Shown one piece after another: positions 41,100-61,426 of a DNA stretch of 64,000 bases (its first letter is position 1; each line of letters starts with the position of its first letter). Origin of the DNA: the human T2T-CHM13v2.0 reference genome, Homo sapiens; the NCBI RefSeq assembly GCF_009914755.1, contig NC_060946.1; one strand, written 5' to 3'. The notes beneath the pieces were generated by a model that was not told where the DNA came from, did not search any database, and saw only the letters and a list, made by a program, of their open reading frames with translations. Both the position numbers and the translations under genes were made by a program.

Positions 41100-44000
41100 T
41101 TCACCCCAGCACTTTGGGAGGATGATATCAAGGGGCAAACTTCTAGACACATCCCGACAACAGATGAGAAACTGTGGGCTCAGCAGGATGGAGTCGAGTT
41201 CCAGTCAACATTCCTACTGGTTGACTGAATAAACCTCAGAGGGAAGACCATGGCAGCTGCAGGCCTTGAGTGCATCCAGTGCTCTACTGTGGGCTACAGG
41301 TGCAACCTGGCACTGAGTCAGCTTTGGTGGTCAAATTACTTCAGCCATCAAAGTCTAGGCATTAGGATTCCCCCTACTTCTACCAGGGCTGAAGCTATCA
41401 TAGACTTAAAGACCTTAATTTCCTTCTTCTTCTTGCCCTGAATCTCTGGACAGGCTTACTGTAGAAAGAAGCTTCCAAACAGAGCCCAGACATGAACACT
41501 GAATCAGGCACCTATATCATTGTGCAGATAACAATGCATAGTCACAAAGATCAGGATCAATGACGAGAACATCATGGCACCAAGTGGACAAAATAAGGTG
41601 CCAGTTGTGAGTGACCCGAAAGAGATGGGCATGGACACATAGCCTGACAAAAAATTCAAATACTTATTTTAAGACAATGTAGTGGACTTAAGGAAAACAC
41701 AAACAATTCAGAAATTTATCAGAGAACCTTAGCAAGGAGATTGAAATAATGGGAGGAAAAAACTAATAAAAAAGTTGAAGATAAAAACACAATAAAATAA
41801 AAAAAATACAGTTGAGAGCATTGACAGAAGTGGCCAAGCAGAAAAACTCAAGGACAGATCAATTAAAAATATACAGTCAGAAGAAAAAAAAAAGAAATCT
41901 AGAAAGTTCATAGGATTTATGTGATAACATCCAAAGAACAAATGTATTAGTCACTGGTGTTCAAGGAAAAGCTGGGTGCAATGGCTCACACCTGTAATCG
42001 CAGCTATTTGGGAGGCGGAGGCGGGTGGATCACATGTGGTCAGGAGTTTCAGAGCAGAGTGCCCAACATGGTGAAACTGTGTCTCTACTAAAAATACAAA
42101 AATTAGTCAGGTGTGGTTGGTGGACGCCTGTAATCCCAGCCACTCAAGAGGCTGAGGCAGGATAATCACGGAACCCAGGACACGGAGGTTGCATTGAGCC
42201 AAGATCACGCCATTGCACTCCAGCCTAGGCAACAAGAGCAAAACTCCGTCTCAAATTAAAAAAAAAAAAATAAGCGTATTGTAGGAAAAAAAAGTAAAAA
42301 GTCTATTTAGAGAAATAACAACAAAAAATTTTCCAAATCTAAATAAAAATATAAATATTCAGGTAAAGGAATATTGAAGTCTTCCAATAAGATTAAATCC
42401 AAATAATATCGCCATGGCTTAATATAATCAAACCAACAAATATCAAAGACAAAGACAGCATACAGAATTAAGCAGGATAAAAAAGAAAATATCATATCAG
42501 GAATATACATATATATTTATATGCATATATATAATGTAAATATTAATAGATGCAAAGGGAGAAAAAAACTACAAGGTACTAATAGAAAACTTCAGCACCT
42601 TACTTTCAGAAATGAATAGATCATGCAGACAGAAAATCAGTAAGTAAACATCAGATTAAAATGCACTGTAGGGCAAATGGACAAAACAGTTACAGAACTA
42701 TCCATCCAAGAGTTATAGAATACACATTCTTTACTGCATACATGGAACATTTTCCTGGATATATCATACATTAGGCCAAAAAACACATCTTGATGAATTA
42801 GAAGAGATCAAAGTCATACAGGGTATCTCTTCTAATATCACTAATTCATAAGTACATGAAAATTAAATTACATACTCTTGAACAACCAGTGAGTCAATGA
42901 AGACATTACACAGAAAATACCATATTTCTTGAGACAAAAATAGAAACAGAACACATCAAAACCTACTGGATATGACCAAAGCAGTTTTAAAGGGAAAGTT
43001 ATGGCAATAAATGTCTTCATCAAAAAGAAGATACGAAATACACCAAACCAAAGAATTAGAAAAACAAAAAGCTAAAATCAAAAGTAAAAAAAGTCACTAA
43101 TAAATATAATCAGAGACAAAAAAGGAGATGTCATAACTGACACCCAGAAACAAATTAATGGTAAGAAATCAAATCAGCAATAAAAAGTTACCCATTAAAG
43201 AAAAGCCCAGGACCTGATAGATTAACTGCTGCATTCTACCTACCACTAAAAAATAACTACTATCAATTCTTTTTAACCTAGTGGAAAAAAATAAAAAAAA
43301 GAAGATATGTGAACTGTTCCAGTTCATTCTGTGGGGCCAGCAATATGCTCAATACAAAACCAGACAAGGATACAACAAAGAAGAGAAAACTACAGGCTAA
43401 TATACCTGATTAACATAATGTAAAAATCCTCAACAGAATACTGGGAAACTGAGTTATAACGCACATTTAGAAAATCATTCATGATTTTCCATGATCAAGT
43501 GAGATTACAGGAATACAGGAATGGTTTAATACACAAGAATCATTAAGTGTCATACATTACATCAACAAAATAAATAACAAAATCTAGGTGGTCATTTCAA
43601 TAAATAAAAAAGCCATTTGACAAAATTCAACATCTTTTTATAATAAAATCTCTCAACAAATTATGCATAGAACAATTGTAACTCAACACAACAAATGACA
43701 TAAACGAGAATAACCAAATAATGCTCTACATGACAAACCCATAGCTAACATCACACTCAGTGGGAGTTCAAAGTTGAAAGCTTCTCTCTGAAGATCTGAA
43801 AGGAGACTAAGAAGTTCACTTTAACTGCTTATATTAACATAATCCTGAAAGTCTTTAGCCAGAGCAACTGGACAAGAGAAAGAAAAGGTACCCAAATTGG
43901 AAAGAAAGAAGTAAAATTTTCCATATTTCCTAATGATATTATATGGAAATCCCTAAACACACCACTAAAAAGCAGTTAGAACTATTTCAGAAAATCAGTC

Positions 44001-46378
44001 AAGTTTCAGTTTACAAAATCAACATATAAATTAAGTAGCATTTTCATATACTAATACGAAAATGTCCACAAAAAAAACCTCAAGAAAATAATCCCATTTA
44101 CAATAGCTATGGGAAAACAAATGAATGAACAAAAAACCTTTAGAGTAAATTTTACCAAGGAGGTAGAAAATAATCTGCATTCTGAAAATTATGAAGTATT
44201 AATAAAAAATTAAAATAACATAAATCAATGGAAAGATATCTATGCTAATTGATTGGAAAAAAGTAATGTGGTTAAAATGTTTATAGGACCCAAATAGGTC
44301 CACAGATTCAATGCAATCTCTATCAAAACACCAATGGCATTTTTCACAGAAATAGAAAGAAATTCAAAATTAATATGAAACCGCAGAAAAAAAACCTGAA
44401 TAGCCAAAGCAATCCTGAAGATGGCCATAGGTTTGGGGAGTGAACCCATAAAGCTGGAGGCATCACAATGCTATAAACCAATGCAACTGAGTATAGTGAG
44501 CACAAATAAATCCACACACGGATAGCCAACTGATATTCTACAGAGATGCCAAGAACACAAAATGAGGAAAGTCAGTCTCTTCAATAAGTGGTGCTGGGAA
44601 AACAAGAGAGCTACATGCAGAAAAACAAAATCAGAACCCTATCTCTTACTACATACAAAAAATAACTCAAATACACTAAAAAGCCTATAGTGCAGTGGCG
44701 TGTACCTATAGTTCCAGCTACTCTGGGGTCTGAGTCAGGAGGATCACCTGAACCTAGGAGTGCAAGGCTGTAGCATGCCACACTCATGCCACTGCACTAA
44801 CCCTAGGCAATACAGTGAGACCTCATCTGTAAAAATACATTTTTAAAAACGTTTAAAAATAAATATGTAATGAAAACCCTAAACTGTCAAACCTAATAAA
44901 ACACAGGGCAAACTTAATGACCTTGGTCTGGGCAAGGATTTTTTTTTTTTTTTGGTTAAGACCTCAAAACCACAAGCAACAAAACCACCAACAGACAAAT
45001 GAGGTTTCATCCTACTAGAAAGCTTCCACGCAGAAAAAAAAAAAAAAATCAGAGTGATAGAATGAGAGCAAATATTTGCAAATTATACATCAGACAAGGG
45101 GTTAATTAAAATATACAAGGAACTTAAAAATATTCAAAAGCAAAACAAACAAATACCACGTGTTCTCACTTATAACTGGGAACTAAATTATGATTACACA
45201 TGGACAAATAGAGGGAAACAACACACACTGTGGCCCATTAGAGGCTACAGAGTGGGAGGAGGGAGAACATCAGTGAAAACAACTAATGGACACTAGGCTT
45301 AATACCTGGGTGATGAAATAATTTGTACAACAAACCCCTATCATACAAGTTTACTTATATAACAAACCTGCATATGTAGCCCTAAAACTAAAATAGAAGT
45401 TAAATTTTAAAAATTAGAAAGAAAAAAATAAACAATTCTCCGTAAAGAAAACAGGTCTCTTAATAGGCCTTTCTCAAAAGGCATTTTTCAAAAGAAGACA
45501 TGCAAATCAAAACCTGTATGAGACTTCACCTCATCCTGGTTGGAACAGCCATTATTTAAAGAATAAAAAGAAAAAAGAAACGTTGAAAAAAAAAAAAGGA
45601 ATATGGAGGAACGAAAACTCTTGCACATTATGGGTGATAATGTAAATCACTAAACCCATTTTACTCCATGAACAGTTTGGAGCTTCCTCAAAAATTAGAA
45701 ATTAGTACTAATGCATTATCCAGAAATTCCACTTTTGAGAATGTATCAAAAGGAATTGAATCCAGTATGTTGAAGAGATATATACACTCTCATGTTTATT
45801 TCAGCATTATTCACAGTAGCCAAGATATAGAATCACCTCAAGTGTCCATCAGTGAATGAATACATAAAGAAAATGTGGTACATATACACAATGGAAGAGT
45901 ATTCAGCTATAAAAAAGAATGAAATTCTCATCTGCAGCAACAGGGATGAACCTGGAAGACATTACGTTGAGTGAAAAAAAATGGTCTCACTTTTATGAGA
46001 AAACTTAAAAAAAAAAAGACTCTGTGGATATAGAGAGTGAAACAATAGTTACCAGAGACTAGAGTGGTTATAGGAAAAGAAAGAATGAGGAGAATTTTAT
46101 CAAAAGATTTATAATTACAGTCAGATAGGAGTAATAAATTTAAAGAGATCTATTGTATAGCAGGGTCACTACAGTTAGTGAAGGTATATTGTTGAAATAT
46201 GTACACAGAATGGATATTAATTGCTCTTACCAAAATAAAAAAAAAAACAGATAACTACGTGAGAAAATGCATTTGTTAATTCTCTGGATTTAACTATTCC
46301 ATGTTATATATATACTTCAAACATCATCTTGTACACAATAAAAACATACAATGTAACCTGTCGATGTAAAAAAAAAAT
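41100..46378 (+). mobile_element. Old L1MA-type element with deletions, nested Alus (41970-42272, 44686-44835) and a nested L1PA 3' end (45150-45430)
   Basis: Colinear ORF1-, EN-, RT- and 3' UTR-like remnants ending in an A-tail. Confidence 0.75.
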
Positions 46379-46379
46379 A

Positions 46380-46469
46380 GAGAAAGAAAGGAGGCAGGGG
46401 GGAGAGAGAGAGGGAGAGAGGGAGAAAGAGGGAGAGAGAGGGAGAGAGAGGGAGAGAGGGAGAGAGAGG

Positions 46470-46509
<40 letters not shown>
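46380..46509. repeat. Polypurine (GA/GGGA)n tract
   Basis: ~130 nt of purines with one C. Confidence 0.95.
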
Positions 46510-46511
<2 letters not shown>

Positions 46512-46579
46512 CTGACTCTGAGACTAAAGGGGAAAAACAGCCACACCATAAAATTGTATTACACTGACCACTGGTACCA

Positions 46580-46920
46580 TTTTCTTTTTGTTTTTTTTTT
46601 GTTTGTTTTTTGCTTTTGTTGTTGTTGTTGGAGGGGATGGAGGTTTGCTCTTGTTCCCCAGGCTGGAGTGCAATGGCACTATCTCGGCTCATTGCATCCT
46701 CCGTCTGCTGGGTTCAAGCCATTCTCTTGCCTCAGCCTACCGAATAGTTGAGATTACAGGTACCCGCTACCATGTCCAGCTAATTATTGTATTTTTAGTA
46801 GAGACAGACAGGACTTCACCATGTTGGCCAAGCTAGTCTTGAAACCCTAACCTCATGTGATCCACCCACCTTGGCCTCCTAAAATGCTAGGATTACAGGT
46901 GTGAGCCACCATGCCCGGCC
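46580..46920 (-). mobile_element. AluS-type
   Basis: Flanked by TACACTGAC repeats. Confidence 0.9.
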
Positions 46921-47648
46921 TACACTGACACAATTTTCATATGTTTATAAATAGGTGTCCGTCTACATTTTGTCAGTTAATAGAAAGCAAATAATTATGA
47001 ACCTTGTTAAAAAAATTAGTGGTAATAGGAAAAGTGAACACACAAATACACGCAGTCTACAGATCTGTGCGTACAATGAAAACTGCATCTAATGCCATGA
47101 AGCTAGTAGAACTTATTTGTAAAAAAATTTCCAACTATAGATCCTATCCCATGGGATATGGTTGTGGTTGTATAGTTATAGGTTTATTCAGCCATCATTT
47201 GTTTTACTGCTGAAGGTCTCATATAATTCAATAATTTTGGACACATGTAAACATGTACCTAACTGCTTCTCATTTGGTTTGAATGCCCACTTGTCAAATA
47301 TCTATTGATTTGGCAAACAACTTCTTAGTCTTAGTTTGTTGTTCACATATATGCTAAAAACTTCCCTTGTTACGAAAGAATTTCAAATGACATCTGATGT
47401 CAAATGACATCTTTGTAATAAAATACTGTATATTTCATGTCTTTTAGTGATGTTTTGTTCAAGTCTATATTTATCAACTCCGAAAATAAAAAATGATTAC
47501 CTTCCTTTTACACGTTGCAACCAGCACTTCCCTCTTAAACGCCAAATAAAAATGTTTTGATTTTATTTTACCTTTGCAGATAATCAACATGCGTCTGGTT
47601 CAACTAGTTATCTTCCTATTCACGTATACTTGAATGGCATATATCTAA

Positions 47649-47986
<338 letters not shown>

Positions 47987-48214
47987 CTCGTGACTATTTT
48001 TTGAATTTGACATGATAGGGTAATGAAAAGGTGCAAAGACAGTGCAGACATGTTCAATGTACACTTACATATTCCCCCAAAGGCTGCATTTTAAATAATT
48101 TTGCGTAATTCCAGTACACGGGTTAAGAGAAAACTGACATTGGTTCAGTGTGTGTGTTGGGGGTTCTACTTCATGTTATTTAGGTGTAGATGCAGGTAAC
48201 TGCCACTACAATCA

Positions 48215-48439
48215 TGTTATTGAAGAGAGCAGAAATCACCTGGTGACCATAAAACAGACCACCCAGAGACAAAACTTCTTATCTGAGGAATTTAAATGGG
48301 AGCAAAGACCACCTGGTGACCATCAAATAGGCTGTCAAAGAGGCAAAACTCCTTGCCTGGGAATTTAGAATCAAATTTTCTGAATATCTAAAGTCAGCAT
48401 GTCGTTTTGGGTCTCTTTCAACATTTACTGCAAGTTACT

Positions 48440-48440
<1 letters not shown>
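48215..48440. mobile_element. MER4-family LTR fragment with internal ~73-bp repeat
   Basis: CACCTGGTGACCAT occurs twice, each followed by caaaact..gaattta. Confidence 0.6.
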
Positions 48441-53705
<5,265 letters not shown>

Positions 53706-53807
53706 ATATACAGAACTATTTGCCTGGTGACTTTTATACAATTTTATAGTCTTAGGCACATTCTCACTTTCATGCAGTTTCGACTTCTATTAAAAGCAAT
53801 GCTGTTT

Positions 53808-54105
53808 GGCTGGGCGCGGTGGCTCATGCCAGTAATCCCAGTACTTTGGGAGGCCAAGGCAGGTGGATCACGAGGTCAGGAGATCGAGACCATCCTGGCT
53901 AACACAGTGAAACCCGATCTCTACTAAAAATATGAAAAAATTAGTCGGGCATGGTGGCGGGCACCTGTAGTCCCAGCTACTCAGGAGGCTGAGTCAGAAG
54001 AATGGCGTGAACCTGGGAGGCGGAGCTTGCAGTGGGCCGAGATCGGGCCACTGAACTCCAGCCTGGGCGACAAAGTGAGACTATGTCTCAAAAAAAAAAA
54101 AAAAA
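53808..54105 (+). mobile_element. AluY-type
   Basis: TSD AAAAGCAATGCTGTTT at 53792-53807 and 54106-54121. Confidence 0.95.
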
Positions 54106-54302
54106 AAAAGCAATGCTGTTTATACAAGGCAGATTATAACAAAAATATGTTTTAGATAAAAACTTATTCCTCCGCTTCATCTCTAAATATTATATCAAGC
54201 TTAATTTAACTCTTCAGGGTCAATAAAATAAATTGCTGCTAACTTTTAATTATATTAAATTTCTATGGATTCCAGCAGCATCTTTTTATAATCTGCTAAT
54301 CA

Positions 54303-54725
<423 letters not shown>

Positions 54726-55937
54726 TTAACATTTATTGGTGACAGACATCTAGAAATATTTGAAAGTTTATCAGGAGAGGAACTCTTAATTTTGAAATTA
54801 TACTATCAAATGGCAAATATTAACTTAATCACACTGGATAAAAAATAAGTTTCTAACAGTTTCTAATATTATTATTTATGGTAAGTTCTTCCCCTCATTT
54901 TCAACTTCAAATAATACATAACTGCAGTCTGATAAACAAAAATTCAAACAGCAGATGAAAAGTAAAAATTTCCTCATTCATACACAATTCAATTCACTTT
55001 CTCAAGGTCAGTTTGATTAAATAATATCACAATGTTTTTCTAATGCGTTAATATTCTGACACATACAAAAGCTATTTCTCCAGAAACATACTATTCTGAC
55101 AACTTTTTAAAGACATCAATGTTTTTAGGTGTTCTTCCCATGATACAAATGTCAACTGCCTCAAAGGAAGGACCCCAAATTTTCATTGGAACATATTTTG
55201 ACTTATGATTTTTCTCTAGTGATGAAATTTAGCTCATTTAGCATTATTTTAAGACAGCAGTCTAAAAAAACTCAATGAATGCTTAAAACAGCCACAGGTA
55301 AGTGATAAAAACATACACAGATATGATCTATAGTGGAGTTTAACTTCAAAGTAGTCCTCAAAGAACTTTCACAAATAAAAATCTATGGGAAATAAGCAGA
55401 TCTTTATAAAAAATCACAAAACATGAATAAAAGCAAGATACCATGAATAAGAAGCACAAGATGACCCCAACGTATTTCCTATGTAAAATTTACCAAACCA
55501 AAAAATATTTACTTTTTGAAGAAATAATGGAGTACTTCAGAAGTATGAAAAAATAATGCTTCTCAATGATGAGCAAGTATTAAAAAGAACCAACAGAATC
55601 TCTAGAAAACAAAATATAAAAAACACTGGGTAAATTAAATAGTTGAAAGCTAATTCGATAATTGAAAAATAAATAACTTTAACAAAATTACAAAAAAATG
55701 TAGCAAAGAGAGAAAGAAGCATCTAATATATGATGGAGATTATAGGGCATTTAAGAAAAGAGTGACAAAGCCTACACTTCTGATCAGAATTTTAAAAGAA
55801 TACAGGAAGTGGCAGTATTTTTAAAATAATGACTAGAAAAAGAGTTTCAAATTGTTACAATCATGAATTCTCAGATTAAGGAAGTCTTATATATCCTAGG
55901 CAGAAAAGATTTATAAAGAATAAAATTAAATAAGTGT

Positions 55938-56228
55938 GGCCAGGTTCACTGGCTCATGCCTGGAATCCAGCACTTTGGGAGGTCAAGAAGGGGCGGATCC
56001 CTTGAGCTCAGGAGTTGGAGACCATTCTGGGCTACATGGTGAAACGCTATCTCACCTAAAAATACAAAAATTAGCCTGGTGTGGTGGTGCGTGCCTGTAG
56101 GTAGTCCCAGTTATTGCTGAGGCAGGAGTATCGCTTGAGCCTGGGTGGCAGAAATTGCAGTGAGCTGAGATTACACCACTGCTCTCCAACCTGCACAACA
56201 CGGCAAGATGCCATTTCAAAAAAATAAA
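55938..56228 (+). mobile_element. AluJ/S-type within degraded L1-like DNA
   Basis: Alu dimer. Confidence 0.88.
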
Positions 56229-57164
56229 TATATAAGTAAGTGTAAGTTTTAAAATAACGCAATGCGGGCAAATAGACTAAACGTACATGTTCAGAACTAC
56301 AAGTTGTCAGGTGTTAAAGAGTTATAATTAAAGCATAAGAACAAGAAATAAAAGCTATCAGCAAAAAAAAAAAAAGCAAACAACAGAAAAGGCAGAAAAG
56401 GCTGTTTGTGCTTTTATAAAATCAGAAGAAACATTTCAATGCAAAAAAAGCATCATCAGCATAATAAAGGTCAGTGCAAAATATTATTTTGTCAGAAAAC
56501 TGTATTAATTTTAAGCTTCTATACACCCAATAACTTGCAAAAATGAACAAATCCAGCACAAATCTGAAAGAAAAGTATGTGACTAAATGGTCTGGAGCCC
56601 ATTTTCTCTAATACAAACTGCAATTTTCCAAAAAGGAGACATTGTTAAAATTTATAAAAAATCATTAATGTAAGTAACACCATTCTTTAAACAAACAGAA
56701 TATTTTCAATATCTCCAAAGTCTCCTCTGTCATTGTCTACTATTGTACCTCTCTCTCACCACATAATCCAATGGCCATAATATATCATTTCATTAGACCC
56801 TATTAACTAGCTCTTCTTTAGCAATTATGAAATGTATGATAAATTAAATAGAAAATCATATCACTATACCCTTTAGATACTTTTGACCTTTAAGTACACA
56901 CTATCATTTATTATCTCTATCTTCTGACCAAATAGAAAACAGTTTTTCTCCCATCCCTTGTCTTTCATTATCTTATATGAAGAATTTTATCAGGGTTTGG
57001 GGAAGGAAAAATTTATAGATACTTGATTGAATTGTCTTAGCTTCAAAAAGGAAAAAGAAAGAAGGTAAGGAGTAAAGGAAAGAAAGAAGATAACTGAGAA
57101 CATTTAGAGGTAGAATGTCTAATATTTAATCCTAACAGATAATTCATGTAAACCATCCCAGTCT

Positions 57165-57464
<300 letters not shown>

Positions 57465-58078
57465 GTCATCCCAGTCTTCCTACAAACTCATTAACTGACA
57501 CCAAATGTGATGCTTGTGAAAAACAAAACAAGGTTTTTCCTTCATCCTTTTCTTTTTATTTTTTTGACATTAAAATAAGACATTAAGACAGCTTTGCAGA
57601 AATAAAATAGTCACACAAGTTAAAAAGTTGGCCATGAAAGTAAGACTTTCTAAAACCTTGTGGAGATCGTGGAGAGGATGTTAAGCTGTAAAGTTATGTT
57701 AATCAGGGACTTCCATGTCAATCCATCTTAAGGTTGGTAGTGTCCTCAATTGACATATATATATATATATACACACACAATTTTCCTTAGTTACAGTAGA
57801 CCAGAATTTAACAATCATTATGTTTTCATAAATTACCTTTCCACTTTTGCATACACTTGTTTTGTTGTCTTAAGGCATAACTATAATAAAATCTATTAAA
57901 AATGCTATAGCCTGTCAAAAATGAGAAAAAAACTAGAAGAAACTGCAGACCAATATCCTTTATGAACCACAGACAAAAAAGTCCTCAACACCACACTAGA
58001 AAGCCACACTCAGCGACATATAAAAAATGATAATACACAACAACCAAATAGGATTTATTTCCACAACAAGAAGAGATT

Positions 58079-58684
58079 TGTCAGAGGCATGTGAACTAGA
58101 GCAACTCCATCTTAAACAGGAGCTAGGAAAAATGAATGTGAAACACACTGGACTGCATTCCCAGATATTTAAAGCATTCTAAGTTACAGGATAAAAAGGA
58201 GGTTTTATAATGGCTGCCCTTAGAGAATACATGGCAAATGTGTTCTAAAATGTGTGTAATAAAAACTACAGGTCATAATGAACTTCCTAATAAAACAGGT
58301 TGCAGCAAAGGAGCCAGTCAAAATGCACGAAAACCAAAATGGCCACAAGAGTGACCTCTGGTCGTCCTCACTGCTGCGCTCCCACCAGTGCCATGACAGT
58401 TTACAAATGCCATGGCAACATCAGGAAGTTACCCTATAAGGGCTAAAAAGGGGAGGCATGAATAATCCACCCCTTGTTTAGCATACCATCAAGAAAGAAC
58501 CATAAAAATGGGCAACCAGCAGCCTTTGGGCATGCTCTCTCTATGGAGTAGCCATTCTTTTATTCCTTTACATTCTTAATAAACTTGCTTTCACTTCACA
58601 TTGTGGACTTGCCCTGAATTTTTTCTTGCACAAGATCCAAGAACCCTCTCTTGGGGTCTGGATCAGGACCACTTTCCCATAACA
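58079..58684 (+). mobile_element. MER41A solo LTR carrying a ~60-bp foreign insert
   Basis: tgtcagaggc...gagcaactccatctt...ggggtctggatc...aaca. TSD GATT at 58075-58078 and 58685-58688. Lacks the GAS-containing segment of MER41B. Confidence 0.9.
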
Positions 58685-58889
58685 GATTCAACATATAAAA
58701 ATCAGTGAAATACATCATGTTAACAGAATAATGAACAAAAATCACAGGATCATCTCAACAGGCAGAAAAAATCATTTTGCAAAATCCAACACATCTCAAA
58801 ATAAAAACACTCAACAAACAGTACTTTCTCAGACTAGCAAAAGCCATCAATTAAGAAAAAAAAAGCTAGTACAATATTTCATGCCAAAA

Positions 58890-59668
58890 ATGAGGACTAA
58901 GCTCTCATTTTGTAATCTTGCCCAAATCCCTATATAAGGGGTCTGGGTACTAATGCCCTACAAACCATAAATTCTCATCAGATGGATTCTAATTAACCCT
59001 ATATAATGTGACTTACTTTCCAGTCTGACTCTGGCATAACAAAACAAAATAAAGAAGAAAGTAAAAATATTTTACCCCAAAACATGTTTTTTTTCCCCTC
59101 ATGTTTTGAAATGGCCCTACAAAGCTGTCCTATGTGGGGGAAAATTTGGATCTGCATGGAATCTCTATTAATTTCCCCAGATCTTTTACTTCCAGGCCCT
59201 CCCAAATCTGAAGAGATTAACTGAAAGTCTAGCACTTTTAAAAGGTGTGAATAGAACACATTTGTCATGTATTCTCTAAGGGCAGACATTATAAGACTTC
59301 AAAAGAACCTTGGTCTCCACAATATTTTATCTTAACCTGTTTCCTTTCTATCATCCCAGCTGTTTAGATAAACTCACCCAGTTGTCAACCAGAAAATGTT
59401 TAAATTTACCTATAGCCTGGAGTCCACCCAACCACCCCACTGTTTTGAGCTGTCAAGCCTTTCTGGAACAAACCAATGTATTTATTAGTTTATTTGATTG
59501 ATGTCTCATGCCTCCCTAAAATGTATAAAACCACGCTGTACCCTGACCACATTGGGCACATGTACTCAGGACTTCCTGGGAACAGTATCATAGCCCACGG
59601 TCACTCACATTTAGCTCAGAATAAATCCCTTCAAAATATTTTACAGAGTTTAACTCTTTTCATCGACC
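58890..59668 (+). mobile_element. MER4-family solo LTR
   Basis: tgaggactaagctc...aaccataaattctcatcagatgg...ctcagaataaatc...catcgac. Confidence 0.8.
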
Positions 59669-60687
59669 AAAGACTGAAAACTTTCTCCCTTATGTCAAAA
59701 ATAAGTGAAACATGTAAACTCATTTTCAATATAGTACTAGAGGTTCTAACCAAAATAATTAGTTGTTGGGTTACCAGGTAAGATGTGAAAGGCAAACAGA
59801 TTAAAAAAAGGAGATGTGAAACTACCTCTATTCAAGATGACATAATTTGTATACAGAAAATCTGGAGGAATCCACACAAAAAAACATTAAAGCTAGTAAA
59901 TAGTCTCAGCATAGTTTCAGTACACAACATCTGTATGCAAAAATGATTTGTATTTCTACATACTAGCAATGAACGATTGAGAATGATGCTTTAAAAACCT
60001 TATTTATAATAACCTAAAAAAGAAAATATTCAGAAATAACTTTGACAAGTAAGTGTAAGACCTGTACATTTAAAACTACCAAACATCAACAAAAGAAGTT
60101 AAAGACCTAAGTAAATGGAAATACATCACAGGACCGTGAGTTGAAAGACTTCATATTATTAAGATGACAATACTCCCCAAACTTATCTACAGATTCAATT
60201 CATTCCATATCAAAATTCATTGCCTTTATTGTTGTTATTATTATTCACAATATTTGGCAGAAACAATCAACTGATCAGTTGGGAAATGCAAAGGACTCCA
60301 CACAGCCAAACAATTTTGCAAAAATAATATTATCAACTTAATTAATTTGTTAATTAATACGTTCTACTTAAAAACTTATTACAAAACATTATTCATCAAA
60401 CTGGTAATAAGAATTAATACATAGATCAATGGGATAGATAAGACACTCCAAAATATACACTCATATTTACCGTCAGCTGATTTTCAACAAGGCTGCCAGG
60501 ACCATTCAAAAATCAAATAGAAACCAAAATCACAATGAAATTTTATTCATTCGCATTAGGAGCTATGATTTAAAGAGACAGTAGGAGTGGAGAAGGATGT
60601 GCAGAAATAAGAACCCCTAATTATTGCTAGAGGGAGCTAAGGGTGAGGAAGTACAGTTACTTTGGTAAACAGCCTGAGAGTTTCTCA

Positions 60688-60966
<279 letters not shown>

Positions 60967-61157
60967 TCAATTAATCAATACTTTCTTATTTAGCTCATGT
61001 GAAAAACCTTTGTAACATTTGACATCACATCTGGTAATAATTCAAGACTCCCTTTATATATTTATATTTTTAAATTTACATGTTTATATAATTCATATAT
61101 AAACATGTATTTCCATTTTATAATGCAGATCACATTTTGTGATGGAATATAGTTAAG

Positions 61158-61426
61158 GTTTTTTTTTTTTTTTTTTGACAGAGTTTTGCTCTGTTGCCTA
61201 GGCGCAACTTCTGCCTCCCAGTTTCAAAAGATTCTCTGGCTTCAGCCTCCCAAATAGCTGGGATTACAGGCATGCACCAACACGCCCGGCTATTTTTTTT
61301 GGTATTTAGCAGAGACGGTTTTTCACCATGTTGATCAGGCTGGACTCTACTCCTGACCTCAAATGATCCGCCTGCATTGGCCTCCCAAAGAGCTGGAATT
61401 ACAGGGATGAGCCACCACACCCAACC
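61158..61426 (-). mobile_element. AluS with internal deletion
   Basis: Flanked by AGTTAAG repeats. Confidence 0.88.

Noticed and set aside
48040-48145. Faint minus-strand resemblance to GPM6B/PLP-family peptide
   Set aside because: Needs frameshifts, similarity is short and unconvincing without a search.
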